DNA of 64,000 nt from Eledone cirrhosa (GCA_964016885.1 OZ024740.1:133114001-133178000), one strand, 5' to 3'. Shown: positions 38,864 through 52,859, counted from the stretch's first letter. Notes: a model not told the origin generated them from the sequence alone. Program-made: numbers and translations.

Positions 38864-41800
38864 GATTTCTTTATTGGCCACAAGGGCTGATATCAAGAAA
38901 AACATCACAGACGGGATAGGACGGTACGATGTGGGTTTTGTGCGTGTACACATTTTTATTATTTATATAAGAAAAGAAAAAAGACATAAAACATATATAT
39001 ATAAACAATAAAATGAAAATTGAAACAATGAAAAATTCCCCAATAGGGGGGAAACCTCCGAGGGTTACGCGTGGCGAAAACCACAAAAAAGACCACGGCC
39101 ACCCTGACTACCAGGGCAAGCGCCCTCTCTAAATTTTTCCATCTCTCAAACTACAGGCGTATATTCAGAGTGTTCACTCGGACCATTTTCGCTACATTCA
39201 CCCATCTTTAACAAACTTGCTAGAAAGCAGCACTTGCCTCTCCACCCTGATTTTCCTCTTCAAGTGAAACTTGAAAAAGTTAATTAGGGATTCGCCGAAG
39301 AGGAAAGTGTTTGTCTTTAATCCTTTTAGCCTTGTCCACAAACACAATCTCTTTCGCCATGGCCACCAGGCAGATGAAAACCGCCTGCCCTTCCTCCTCA
39401 AAGGAAGACGGCGAGACCATCTGCACAATGGACTCAGTCGACAACCGGATCAGTCCCACACGTGACAGCAACTGTTCGACATAGCTCCACAAGTCAGCAA
39501 TGCTGGGGCACTGAACGAGTGCGTGCACAACGGTTTCGTCGCTATGCGTGCATCTCGGACAGGCTCCGCTGACGGCACTTCCGTGCCTGTAGAGCTTATC
39601 TCGAACCGGCAACGCTCCCCGGTAGCACTGCCAGGCCAGGGATTTTGGGAAGTTATCCATAGGCCCCGGGCTGAAAGTTTTCCGGAAGAGAGCAAACAGC
39701 TGATCTTCTTCGATGCCCAGGATCTCTCCGAGAACGTCGTCGCTCATACCGTCCACTAGTCCTCTATAGTACGCCGAGGTGGAGCACAGTGGGCAGTGAG
39801 CGCCTGGAGACATTCCAGTTTCTCAGCGCTATCCCTCGGTCTTTTTCTGACCCAGGGCTGCAGTTCCGTCAAGGAGACGAGCTGTAGGAAAATGTGCCTG
39901 GCGAACGTCGACCACACCCGTTCACCATCAAGGAAGCACCAGAGATGTCGCAGCCTAAGCGCATGTTTGCGCATCATCAGCCATGGCATGCCCAGTCCTC
40001 CACGCAAAGGGCGTTGACAGCAGATGGATCGTCTGACCATGGGAGCGCGTCCCTTCCACAAAAAGTGGAAGAGGAGGCGCTCCATTTTCGTGAGAGCTGG
40101 GCTGGAGCAAGGGACGACAGTGAGGCGGTAGCAGATGACGGATGCGATGTACGAATTCGCCACTTCTGCCCGGCCTTTCAGGGACAGCTTCCTCTCAGCC
40201 CATTTCCGGGTGAGGGAGGCCACCCTGCTCGTCACCTCGTTTCAGTTTTTCTCCATCTGGAGGTCCGGTCCGAACCAGACCCCGAGCAATTTAACTGGTC
40301 CGTCCGTCCAACGCCCCACGACGCTGTCGGACGGCATGGACTTGCCTCTCCAGGTGCCTAGCTGCAAGCCCACCGACTTTTCCTGGTTTATCTTTGCTCC
40401 TGTCACCGCTTCGTATTCCTTGAGAGCGGTGCCGAGCACCTGGGCGTGTCAGGTACTCGACACCACCACGGTCACGTCGTCAGCGTAAGCCGACTCGGAT
40501 TTCCCGCATCCTAGTTCGCGTGGGACGCCCCTTATCGCCCCCAGTTTGTGCAGTAGCGGCTCGAGAGCCAATACGTAAAAGAGGGACGAGAGGGGACAAC
40601 CCTGGCGGACTGAGCGCATGATGCTCAACGCGCGCGACAGGTGACCGGTCACCCTCAAAACTGAGCAATTGTCGCTGTACATTGCTGCGATCCAACGCTT
40701 GAAAACGGGCCCGAAACTGGCTGCCTCGAGGACCGCCGCCAAGTACCGATGGTCAACCCTATAGAATGCTTTGGATTGATCCAAGTTGATCAGGGACCCA
40801 CCCTTGCTATATTCCTTAACCACCCTCTCTATGATGTATCGCGTGAGGTGAGGTTGTCGTGTATGGATCTGTCCGGATTGGCGCATGTCTGCGCCTCTCC
40901 CACTAGACCCTTGACGACAAGCGCCAACCTCGTTGTAACACCTTTGCCAAAATCTTGAACTCTGCGTTTAGCAGAGTTATGGGCCTGAAATGATCAATAA
41001 CATCCCCCTTGTTCGGGTCTTTTCTCAGCAGTGCCACTGCTCCCCGGCTCACAAAACTGGGAATGCTCCCGTTCTGCTGTCAGTTGCAGTAGACGTCTGC
41101 CAAGAGGTTACCGAACAAGTCTGGTATAAATGCATAAAGCTCGTAAGGCAGACCATCTAAACCTGGCGATTTACTTCTTGTGCAGTTAGCCATCGCTCCC
41201 CGTATTTCACCGGCTCTTATTGGCTTTTCGCAACACTGTGCTGCAGTCGTCGAGACCCGAGGCAGTCCGTCGAGGTATGCACTGAAGTCCATTCTCCGAT
41301 ACGCGCCGCCGCCGCTCCCGAACAGTTCAGCAAAGTGCTGCTGAAAAGCTTCACACATCCGCTCGGGTTCGAGCATCACGCACTCGTTTTGTTCAAGAAA
41401 GGACCGAATTGTGGCCTTGTTGCCACGTCGCGCCTCTGCCACCCGGGCCCATTGGACGGCTTTTGGCCACTCGTGTTTCAGAGCACGCGCTCTAGCTCTG
41501 ACAATGCAGCCTTCGTGTTTTGCGTTGAAGAATTGATCGAGTGCCAATCTCGCCGCAAGTACGTCGGTTGCGATGCCTGTCCTAAACGCCTATTCTAGCT
41601 TTCTGACTAGCTCTCCCTCTATTCTATTTTCCTCTATCACTACTCCTTTGCTAAACCTAATCGACTCTACTTTAATTGCACTTTTCACGGCGAACCACCA
41701 CCTGTTGTTGACGACCGCTACCGTCAACGCCCGATTAACTAATACGCTAATCCGGTCTCTGTAGGCCTTGCGCGCCGGGAAAGACGCGTTCAGCTTCCAG

Positions 41801-44800
41801 TAACCAGGCCCTTGTCTATGAAGTCTGTTTATGTCGATCTCACAGATCACAAATTTGTGGTCTGTGTAGTCGACTATTTTAAATTGTGGACAACTTATAC
41901 TAGCCTTATCTAGTTCCCTGCATAATACGCTATCTAGATACGAACTGGATGAGTCGATGCGGTTTGTCCATGTCCACATTGGCACATTCGGGTGATCCAG
42001 TCGATACCTGTCAGACAGTTCAAAACGTCTGAGCCGGTTGGTGAGGCTCTTGCACCCTCCTCCCCTATCCACTATCCCCACACAATCCCAGCGTGCATCC
42101 AAGATACCGTTCTAGTCGCCCACTAACACTAAAGAGCGGGACGTTCCAAGAAAGGTCTCTAGACGTCTGAAGAAATCTGGCCGCCCTGCTCCTGTTGGGG
42201 CGTAGACGGCTACTAGCCTGAAAGCATTGCCTTCGCTTTGCCGGTCACGTCCAGCACCACCGACTTACCTTCTGGGTCCAGGAAGATGGCCCGTATCTCG
42301 AGATCCAAGCCTCTCCGAAAAGGGACGGCAACCCCTCGCCCCAATCCTGGACGGCTGGGAGATGTGTATACATCGTAGCCTCCGAAGATAGGTGCGAAGG
42401 CCCGTCCCTCGGAGATTCTGGTTTCACTGATGGCCACCACATCTATGTTTAGTGATCTGAGGTCATTGAGCAGGTGACCCTGCTTCCAAGATGACCGCAG
42501 TCCACGTGCATTTATACTGCCTATTCCGAGTACAGTCATGTTGGATGAGAAACGGGGCAAATGAGAAAGGGTCACTTACCTTGTTCGTGTGGTGAAGGGA
42601 CAGTAGAACCGTGCCTTTTTCTGGTCATGGGTGTTTCCAAGAGGATGTCAGTATATATCCTCTTGGTAACCGTCTCTCTGAAGTCTCCAACTGCGTTGGG
42701 GAATTTTTGTTTTAAAGGTTTGTACTGTTCTATTGAGATTTCGATGATGCTTATGTTTGTCGTGAGAGTTCTTGGTGTTGGATGGGTGTAGTAGTTTTTT
42801 TCCGTGATGTCTGTGTGCTCCTTTATATATTATATGAGTTCTTTTTTTGCTATGTTTATGGCTGTGTACTTTTTGGGGGGAGGGGTGATTTTGTTGCCGT
42901 TTTCTTCTTGTTGCTGTTTGGTGTGTGTGTCTTGTTGTGTTTGCGTTGTTGGTGTTTGTAGTGGTGTTGCTGCAAGTTTCCTTGCTGCCTTTACCCCTCT
43001 ATGTATGCCTTCGCTTTTGGAGGGTGAATCTAAGGTTTTTTTTGTTTTTTGTTTTTTGTGGCAGACTGTTTGCCACGTCACTCCCGCCTAAACTCCATGT
43101 CGGATGTGTGGCGTCTGGGGGGTGGGAGAGTATGTGCTCCACGGCTGTTGGTGGTGGTAGTGGAGCCCTCTTCGGCAATTTTGTTGCTGGTGTAGCTATT
43201 TCAAATGTAGCTATTGGTGTTTCCGCTACTGATGATGCTGCTTTAGTTATCCGTTGCCTTGGTACGGGTGCTACGGACGTTGCCCTCCTACTCACCGTGG
43301 AAGGGGCTTCTTCGTTTGTTGCCTGTCCTGCTCTTGGTAGCAGCGGACCAGGTATTGGAAGGAGAGGCGCCCTCTTCGGTGTCTTCTGCTGGCAAATGGC
43401 CCTGAGGTGACCTTTCGACCCACAGAGATAACATTTTGGCCGTCTTCCTTCTACACTTATAGGGAGTTGGAGTCCTTCCTCGAAGTCTATGATATCGGGG
43501 ATAGCCTCGATACATTCCTGGTCAGTTTATATAAGCATGTGCATGCCTATACCTGACCAGTTCTCTCTCCCTATTTTTTCTACTTGCAGCATGGTCGCCC
43601 TGTTCTCAATGCCAGCAATGACAGTGGCGGCCAGACAAGGTATGGGCACGTCGGGTGGGACTTGGGTCACTTTGACCCTCACAATTTTCTGCCCGCACTA
43701 GGAGGGCTCAACACTAACTCCTCACTCTTTAGGGTTTCCAAAGAGTGAGACTTTGCTTCCTGGGGGGTGGCGAAATATACGTCTACTGTGGCGTATTTTC
43801 TGCCTCGGGTGATGTGGGTTTTGCGCGCCCAGACGCAACCCAAGGCCTTTTGGATTTGAGGCTCCGTGGCTCTCTCCATTCGATGTGAGATTTTGCTTAC
43901 GGTGCGGTAAGTCACCGTCTGTAGCTGCTGGTCCTTGAAAAAATCGGGTGGATGTTTCAGGGAAACTCTATTTGCGCTTCTTGTCACCATGGCCTTTGCG
44001 ACTGCCATCTCCTCCTCTGTGACTAACACTGTCTCGATATTTCGGGCGACACCTGCAAAAGAAATGGTCCCTTTTTCAGCAGCACCACTATTGCTGCCGC
44101 TACTGGTCTTACTGCTGGTGATGAGGTCGTTATTACAGGTATCGGTGTCATTGTTGTTCTTTTCGCTGGTACAATTGTTGGTGTTGTTTTCGTTCATACT
44201 GTTGCTGCTGTTACTGTTATTGTGGCTGTTGTTATTATTGTTGTTTTTGTTGATACTGTTCCTACTATTATTGTTGTTGTGGCAGTTGTTATTGTCAATG
44301 TTATTGTCGTTCTCGACCTTACCGCTGTTATTTTTGTTATTGTCGTTCTCGACCTTACCGCTGTTATTTTTGTTATTGTCGTTCTCGACTTTACCGTTGT
44401 TATTTTTGGTGTTGTTGTTGGTGATGTTGTTGGTGTTATTGTTGGTTTTGTTTGTGTTAGAAATATTTGGTAATTTTAAATCTGTAACAATCTTTTTTTC
44501 CTTTGTAATATTTTCGTTTATATTTACCTCCGCTGGAACGGTGTCTTGTAGACATGCTGATAAAGTCTCCCTCTCTCTGTGTTGTCTGACAACGCTCTCT
44601 CTCTTTCTTGTGTTATCCATGTTGAAATTTTTCAAAAGAATTATTTTTACACAAATACGAAGACGGTACCCCGTAAAGGGGTGCCGTATTATTTACTAGT
44701 GAACCCCTGTATTAGGTGGGTCACTTCTGCTAAACTTTTATCAAATTTAAAACTTGAATAAAAAGTTTAGAACGGTTGAGAAAGAGGTAAAACGTTCAAA

Positions 44801-44836
44801 AAGACTGGAGGCGATAAGAAGCGTGGCTCCACCAAC
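38864..44836 (-). mobile_element. Full-length Tx1-clade LINE (family T1) inserted in (ATT)n
   Basis: ORF1 from about 44635 (Asn-rich; zinc knuckle CYLCGSKGHLRAIC at about 43392-43437); ORF2 from about 42540 with APE, RQGCPLS, AYADDV; ends CCCTTGTGGCCAATAAAGAAATC(ATT)n. Confidence 0.95.
44300..44410 (-). repeat. 36-bp coding tandem repeat (x3) in Tx1 ORF1
   Basis: GKVENDNNKNNS repeats. Confidence 0.9.
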
Positions 44837-44890
<54 letters not shown>

Positions 44891-45067
44891 TGTTTCTACT
44901 TTAGGCACAAGGCCAGCTATTACCCAGTTCATTACTGGTACTTTATTTTATCGACCCCGTAATGATGAAAGGCAAAGTTAACTTCGGCGGGATTTGAACT
45001 CAGATCGTAAAGGGACGTAACTATGCTGGAATGCATGGCGTCCGACCCTCTACCGATACTGCCAATT
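44891..45067 (-). mobile_element. SINE whose tail merges with the (AAT)n tract at 44837-44890
   Basis: Head, core and tail are recognisable. Confidence 0.9.
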
Positions 45068-45070
45068 AAT

Positions 45071-48000
45071 GGTGGATATATATCGTTATGGAATCGCTCC
45101 CGTAAGTTTTTGATTTTTACTTATTTAAAACAACTGTGATAGAATAATTTGTATTACAAATGACGTATAAGATTACAGTTTGACGCTCAGCAAGCCACAA
45201 CGCATCACTTTACGGCATAGGGCCCCAATATTTAATATTTAATTTTGGATCAGAAATGGTATAGTCGAAAAAGAGGAAAATGGCAAAATGGCTAAACGGA
45301 CAGAGATGCAAATAATTTCACCACCAACACCACTACCGCAGCATCACCATACCACGCCAAAAACTCTAGTCAAGTTACTTCAACTTCTATTTCTACTTCA
45401 ACTTCAACACCATCACTACAGTACTACGATCACATCACCACCACCACTGCTTCATTATCGATACCGCCGCTATTATCTCCCACTACCTCCTGCTAATTAC
45501 TACTAGCACAGCACCACCACCACTGCCTCATTATCGATACCACCGCTATTCTCTCCCACTACCTCCTGCTAAGACATGCATTGTAGTGCCTCACTAAAAG
45601 AGGAAGGCATCAAAATATATAAATAGACTGATGACCCGGTCAAAAAATCAAAAAAAAACAAAAAATCAAAATCAAAGCAGCACAGCAACAACGAAAGACG
45701 TGAAGAAAAGAAAAATGAAAAGAAAAACAAACAGACAGAGAAGGGGAAAAAAAAAACTAAGTCAGACATTCAAACATTACATTACAATGAAACTTATGGG
45801 TATTCTTTTTTTGTGGGTTTTTACCTATTTCTTTGTTTATATATGTTCGTCTACAGCGTGATAGTGCCACATTAAAATCACCGGGAGGTGATGAAATCAC
45901 CGGTGGTTATGTAACCATAGATTCACCAATCCTCGATAAAAGTGTTTAAATGTCGAAACTAAACAGTTCGAATAACGGTGAAGTGGAGACTGGAATGTCA
46001 TGTGACAGACTCTCACCCAGCAGGTGCTCCCTGGCCCAGCAGCAGGGACCTGGCTGTCATCCAAATACTGCTGGTGTTGGAGGAAGAAGAAGAAGGAAAG
46101 GGACCAGAACCAACTGGACGAAAGAATTGAATAGAACTATTATGCAATGTTACCTGAAGAGTAACCCCAAGGAAAAAGGCTATAGGAAACGGATGCATAA
46201 CATCTGGAACGAGATTGGTCTATTTAAATTAAATAACCAAACATTGGCCGGGCAGGCTCGGGTAATAAGAAGTAATGGGTGGATAAACGAGTTGGAACTG
46301 GAGGAACTGAGCAGAGAGATTAGGTTGGAAATGGAGAGTGGAGTATGCCAGGCAAACGAGCCTGTGGAAAATGAAGGTGAAGAGGTTGAGAGAACGGAGG
46401 AACCATCCGAAGCAGACAATGATCTGAATACTGAAATAAATAATAACTGGAACAAAGATGCGGCCATTGAAGAAATGAATGCTGACGGGTTTGGACAAGA
46501 TTTGGTTGATATCCTAAACTTAGTGGTAGATGAAGTGAACAATGATAGTGAGAAACGTATGAACCTAAGATTTGTAGACAGGAACAAGTTAAAAGAAACA
46601 ACAGCTAAGGTAAACAAAGTCATCCCATACCTTGAGGCAAGGAACCTTCACCAGTGCAACAATATCCGCAAAGCAACAGCAAATGCGGTGAGGAAATTAA
46701 TTGACATAAAAGCGAGAGCAAACAACAAACAAGAAAGATCAGAACCTTGGTGGAAGAAACGACTGAATGGTCAAATCAGGGAAATGAGAAATGACATTGG
46801 AAAGTTGAGTCCCTACTGAATGGGACACTTCAAAACATAGACACTAAAATAGACTGGAAATAAAGTACAAAACTAGGAGGTAAAAGCTAAATATTATCAT
46901 AGAGGAACTGCAGCAACGCATTGGAGCAAAGAGCGCAAAGATTAGGCGATACGAGAGCAGAGTCAGTCAGTATAAACAGAACCGCATGTTTGACAACAAC
47001 CAGAAGATGTTGTTTGGACAGTTTGAAGGAAAAGAAAGAGGTAACGACTTGGTCTCTGAGGCGGAACAGACTAAGACATTCTGGAGAGGAATATGAGAGC
47101 AGGATATTAAGCATAATGATCTGACAGTGTGGATTGAGACAGTACAAAAGGATATTAGTGAACAGGCACACCAACAAACTGATTTGAGTATCACAGTTGA
47201 AACTCTTGAGAAGCAGGCCAGAAAACTAACCACCTGGAAATCACCAGGCCCAGAAGCGGTGTGCAGGGGTATGGGATTAAACATATAAAATACCTCCACC
47301 CGAAACTGACAACCATGTCCAATGAATGCTTGATGCCAGGTGAGGTACCAGAGTGGTTGACAAAAGGTACCACAGTTCTGGTAATGAAAGGCCGAACCAA
47401 GGGTAATGATGTTACCAACTATAGTCTGTCCGTAATGTGGAAACTATTAACAAGCATTGTGTCTGAGGAAATCTACCATCACCTCCACATAAACAACTTG
47501 TTACCGGACGAAGAGAAAGGATGCAGAAAGAAGTCCCGTGGTACAAAGGACCAGTTACTTATTGATAAGATGGAATAATGAGGAATTGCAGGAGGAGATA
47601 CACTGGTCTTGCCATGGGATGGATAGACTACAAAAAGGCATTCGACATGGTACCTCATTCTTGGACAACCTAAAGCCTAGAGATCTTCAGACAGTTGTTG
47701 AGCAAAAGTATGAAGTCCTGGAAAACAGAGTTAACATCGGGCGGAGAATACTTGGGAGGCGTGAGGATCAAGATAGGTATCTTCCCGGGAGATAGTTTGT
47801 CCCCTCTGTTGTTTGTCCTTGCCCTGATCCACCTGACCATTATACTGCGAAAAATGATAGAAGGATACAAGTTGGGAAAAGGAGAGCTTACCATCAATCA
47901 CCTCCTCTTCGTGGACCATCTTAAGCTCTTAGGGAAGGGTGGGAAGGAGTTTGATGTGCTTGTTGACACTGTCCGTATTTTCAGCAATGATATATGTATG

Positions 48001-49315
48001 CAATTTGGTATTAATAAGTGTTGTATCCTTGTGATGAAGAGGGGTAAATTGAGGAGAAGCAACGGAATCCAGGTACCAACAGGTCAGATGATAAAGGAAA
48101 CTGATACTGAAGAAGGATACAAATATTTATATGTTCTGGAGGCTGATGACATAAGAACAACAAATTGAAGGAATTGATAAGATCTGAATACATTCGGAGA
48201 GTAGGGAGCGTATTAAAATCACATCTGAACAGTAGGAATGCCATAAGTGCAGTAAATTCCTGAGCTGTGTCTATTATTAGGTACAGTGCGGGAATTCTGA
48301 GATGGAATGTTGCTGAACAAAAAGAAATGGATAGGAAGACTAGGAAGCTATTGAATATCTACAATATGTTCCACAAGAGGAGTTATGTCGATAGACTCTA
48401 CTAAAGGAGTTCTGAAGGTGGAAGAGGTCTTATCAGCATAGAGGACTTTGTTCAGATGGAGTAAAACAACCTACACAAATACATGACCGATAGTAAGGAG
48501 CCAATGCTCAGAATTGTACTGAAGGAGAGGACAATAGACCAGGGGATGTCCAAGGAGGAAATAACAAGGGGATAGAGCAATCTTCATGAAAAATCCCTTC
48601 ATAGTACCTTCTTTGAGAAAACGGAATTTAGAGATCCATAGACATGGAACTGGTTGAAAAGAGGAGACCGTAAACAGGCTACAGAAGGAATGCTAATGGC
48701 TGCGCAAGAGCAGGCCCTCAAAACGAAGTGGCTGAAACACCATATTTACAAGGAGGGGGCTAGCCCACTGTGTAGGATCTGTGGAGAGAGAGAGGAGACT
48801 GTGGTTCACATTATATCTGAGTGTAAACACCTAGCCCAGACTCACTATAAAGGCTGGAGACATGAGGTGATGGGCAGAGTCATCCACTGGCACCTATGCA
48901 AAGTAAACAATTTACCACATTCTGAGAAGTGGTATGAGCATAAGCCAGAGGCGGTGATAGAGAACGATCAGGTGAAGGTGCTGTGGAATTTTAGGATACA
49001 GACGGACAAGAAACTGGAACACAATAGACCTGACCTGGTGGTTGTGGACAAAGAAAAAAGAGCGTGTCTGATTGTGGATGTGGCCTGCCCATTCGACACG
49101 AGAGTGCAAGAGAAGGAGAGGGAGAACATTAACGGATACCAGGACTTAAAGTGGGAGGTAAAGAGGATTTTGAACTGCCATGTGGTCAAATCGGTCCTGA
49201 TTGTCATAGGCGCACTAGGTACCATCTCAAAGAGTTTCCAAGGATGGTTAAAGAAAATTGGTCCCGCCCCGCTTTTTGGAACACTTCAAAAGGCATGCTT
49301 TGCTGAGACTCAAAG
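45071..49315 (+). mobile_element. Near full-length, decayed R4/Dong family B element
   Basis: RTNWTKELNRTIMQCY...GYRKRM Myb-like start (45950), WKSPGP, GIFPGDSLSP, CCHC, RPDL; many stops and frameshifts. Confidence 0.93.
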
Positions 49316-49351
49316 AACAATAATAATAATGATAATAATAATAATAATAAT

Positions 49352-49531
49352 TGTTTCTACTTTTGGCACAAAGTCAGCAATTATTCCAGTGTATTACTGG
49401 TACTTTATTTTATCGACCCCGTAAGGATGAAAGGCAAAGTTAACCTCGGCGGGATTTGAATTCAAAATGGCAATTCTATGTGTCAAATCATGGCGTCCGA
49501 CGCTCTACTGATTCTATCAATCCACGGCCCT
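49352..49531 (-). mobile_element. SINE between two (AAT)n tracts
   Basis: Same family, small internal deletion. Confidence 0.9.
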
Positions 49532-49549
49532 TATAATAATAATAATAAT

Positions 49550-51880
49550 GATTTCTTTATTGGCCACAAGGACTGACATCAAGAAAAACATTACAGACGG
49601 CCCAGGACGTTAGAAGAAGGTACGATGTGGATCTTGTACATGTAAAGATTTGTATTATTTATATAAGAAACGAAAAAGAAAAAAGACATATAAATATATA
49701 TATAAACAATAAAAATGAAAATTCAAACAATGAAAAGTTCCCCAATAGGGGGGAAACATCCGAGAGTTACTCATGGCGAAAACCACACAAAAGACCACGG
49801 CCACCCTGACCACCACGGCAAGCGCCCTCTCTCAATTTGTTCCCATTCCTCAAACTACAAGCGTATATTCAGAGCGGTCCCGTTCACTCGGACCATTCTC
49901 GCTACATTCACCGACCTTTCAACAAACTTGCTAGAAGGCCGCACTTGCCTCTCCACCCTTATTTTCCTCTTCAAGTGAAACTTGAAAAAGTTAATCAGGG
50001 ATTCGCCGAAGAGGAAAGTGTCTGTCTTTAACCCTTTCAACCTTGTCCACTACATCATCTCTTTAGCCATGGCCACCAGGCAGATGAAAACCGCCTGCCC
50101 TTCCTCCTCGAAGGAAGACGGTGAGACTATCTGCACAATGAGCTCAGTCGACAACCGGATCAGTCCCACACGCGACAGCAATTGTTCGACATAGCTCCAC
50201 AAGTCAGCAATGCTCGGGCACTGAACGAGTGCGTGCACGACGGTTTCGTCGCTCTGCGCTCATCTCGGACAGGCTCGGCTGACGGCACTTCCGTGCCTGT
50301 AGAACTTATCTTGAACTGACAAAACTCCCCGGTAGCACTGCCGGGCCAGGGATTTCTGGAGGTTATCCATAGGCCCTGGGCTGAAATTTCACCGAAAGAG
50401 AGCAAACAGGTGATTTTTTTCGACGCCAAGGATCTCTCCGAGAAGGTCGTCGCTCTTCCTCTCCACTAGTCCTCTATCAAACGCCTAGGTGGATGTTCCA
50501 CCGATACTGGTGCCCAGCTGACAGAGGGCAGTGAGCGCCTGGAGACATTCCAGTTTCCAAGCGTTATCCCTCGGTCTTTTCCTGACCCAGGACTGCAGTT
50601 CCATGAAGGAGACTAGCTGTGGGAAAACGTAATTGGCGAACGGCGACCACACCTGTTCACCGTCAAGGAAGCACCAGAGATGTCACAGCCTCAGTGCATG
50701 TTTGCGCATCATCAGCCATGGCATACCCAGTCTTCCACGCAACGGGTGTTAACAGCAGATGGTTCATCTGACCATGGGAGCGTGTCCCTTCCACAAATAG
50801 CGGAAGAGAAGGCGCTCCATTTTGGTGAGAGTCGGGCCCGGGCAAGGTTCGACGGTCAGGCGGTAGGAAATGGTGGATGCGATGCACGCATTCGCCACCT
50901 TCGCCCGGCCTTTAAGGGACATCTTCCTCTCGGCCCGTTTCTTGGTGAGTGAGGCCGCCCTGCTCGTGACCTCACTCCAATTTTTCTCCATCTGGAGGTC
51001 TGATCCGACTCGGATTTACCGCATCCTAGTTCGCGTGGGACGCCCCTCATCGCCCCCAGTTTGTGCAGTTAAAGCCTCTTGATCCTTACGTACAAGAGGG
51101 ACGAGAGTGGACAACCCTGGCGGACCGAGCACATGATCCTGAACGGCTGCGACAGGTGACCGTTCACCCTCACAACTGAGCAGATGTCGCTGTACATCGC
51201 AGCGAGCCAACCCCTGAAAACCGGCCCGAAATCGGTTGACCCTATGGTTGACCCTATCGAATGCTTTAGATTGATCCAAGTTGATCAGGGACCCACCCGT
51301 ACCAAGTTCCTTAAACACCCTCTCTACGATGTGTCACACGAGGTGGAGGTTGTCGTGTATCGATCTGTCCGGAATAGCGCATGTCTGCGCCTCTCCCACC
51401 AGACCCTCGACGACAAGCGCCAACCTCGTTGCTAACCCCTTCGCCAAAATCCTGAACTATGGGCCTGAAGTTATCGATAATATCCCCCTTGTTCGGGTCT
51501 TTTCTCAGCAGCGCCACAACTCCCCGGCTCACAAAACTGGGAATGCTCCCGTTCTGCTGCCAGTTGCAGTAGACGTCTGCCAAGAGGTCACCGAATAAGT
51601 CTGGCATAAATGCATAAAGCACGTAGGGCAGACCATCCAAAATTGGCGATTTACCCCTCGTGCAGTTAGCCATCGCTTCCCGTATTTCACCGGCTCTTAT
51701 TGGCTTTTCGCAACACTGTTCTGCGGTCGTCGAGAGCCGAGACAGTCCGTCAAGGTATGCATTGAAGTCCATCCCTCGAACCGGCCCGCCACCACTCCCG
51801 AACAGTTCAGCAAAGTGCTGCTGAAAAGCCTTACACATCTGCTCGGGTTCGAGCAACACGCACCCGTTTTGGTCAGACCA
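49550..51880 (-). mobile_element. 5'-truncated Tx1 family T1 copy
   Basis: Colinear with 38864-41400; YADD region deleted at about 51005; same 3' end and (ATT)n. Confidence 0.93.
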
Positions 51881-52095
51881 AACGTCTGTATACATATATG
51901 TATGCACGTATACATACTTATATTTAAGTATCAGCCGTACTAAAAGTGAGAAATGAAATTTCATTTTTTCCATTAATCGTTTTCAATACACCCGGCCGAC
52001 TAACTCATTCGATATGCAAATTAGCCTGCTCAGCCGTTAAGATGCATAAGGAAATAATATACTTTCAAACGTTCAATCGACTGACAGGAAGGTAT

Positions 52096-52138
52096 ACGGT
52101 GCTGATGACAGCTAAAATGCTAGAAACTAGTTCATCGT
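52096..52138 (+). ncRNA. Minimal type I hammerhead ribozyme motif
   Basis: ACGGTG-CTGATGA-CAGCTAAAATGCTA-GAAAC-TA-GTT|CATCGT; 6-bp stem I; palindromic AACTAGTT in stem III. Confidence 0.75.
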
Positions 52139-52368
52139 TCCTTTGAACAAAAGGGCAACGATGGTAGCCGAACACTGTACGGCTAATAATTCGGGCTGTT
52201 TGTTTACGAAAGAAACCAAGCATTATAATAAATGTTCGGTAAACCCGTACGTACATATATATATATGTGTGCATGTATGTATATACATACTACTGTAGTC
52301 TGTATACATATATGTATGCACGTATACATACTTATATTTATACATAGATATATATGTATATATATTTA

Positions 52369-52417
<49 letters not shown>

Positions 52418-52828
52418 TAAAATAACAGAGCAAAGAATCGCTGCTTTCACCCTTAACGGGATCTTCTGAAACTAACAAAGTCAATCTGTAAACGCAGAAC
52501 TGGATATTTCAAAAAACGTTGCAACCGGAGGAAGACAGGAAGACGATACTTTGGTTCGTGGTAACGTTCGCTGGCAAAGGACGGGAAAAAACGAATAATA
52601 CGTCATTAATAGGAGCGGTGAAAAACAATTACGCGCAAAGACAGAACCACGTTTATGGTATATATATATATAACGAAGGAAATGTGGTAAGGAACCAGAT
52701 GGACCTTAACGCACCAACGTACTCAATACTTAGGGTAGTAGAGTATTTAAAGGAACAAGTATGACCCCGACGGCAGAGTTCAAGCCGTTTCGACAGTCCA
52801 GAATTAGCCGTCGGGGTCATACTTGTTC

Positions 52829-52856
<28 letters not shown>

Positions 52857-52859
<3 letters not shown>

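Noticed and set aside
43935-44699. 254-aa hydrophobic plus-strand ORF (similar ones at 27749-29336)
   Set aside because: Antisense shadow of the Asn-rich Tx1 ORF1.
45625-45700. CTGATGA...GAAA in the Dong-B 5' UTR
   Set aside because: No pairable stems I-III; intervening sequence is A-rich.
32081-49549. Repeat-spacer pattern resembling CRISPR
   Set aside because: Repeats are microsatellites and spacers are retroelements; eukaryotic context with no cas genes.
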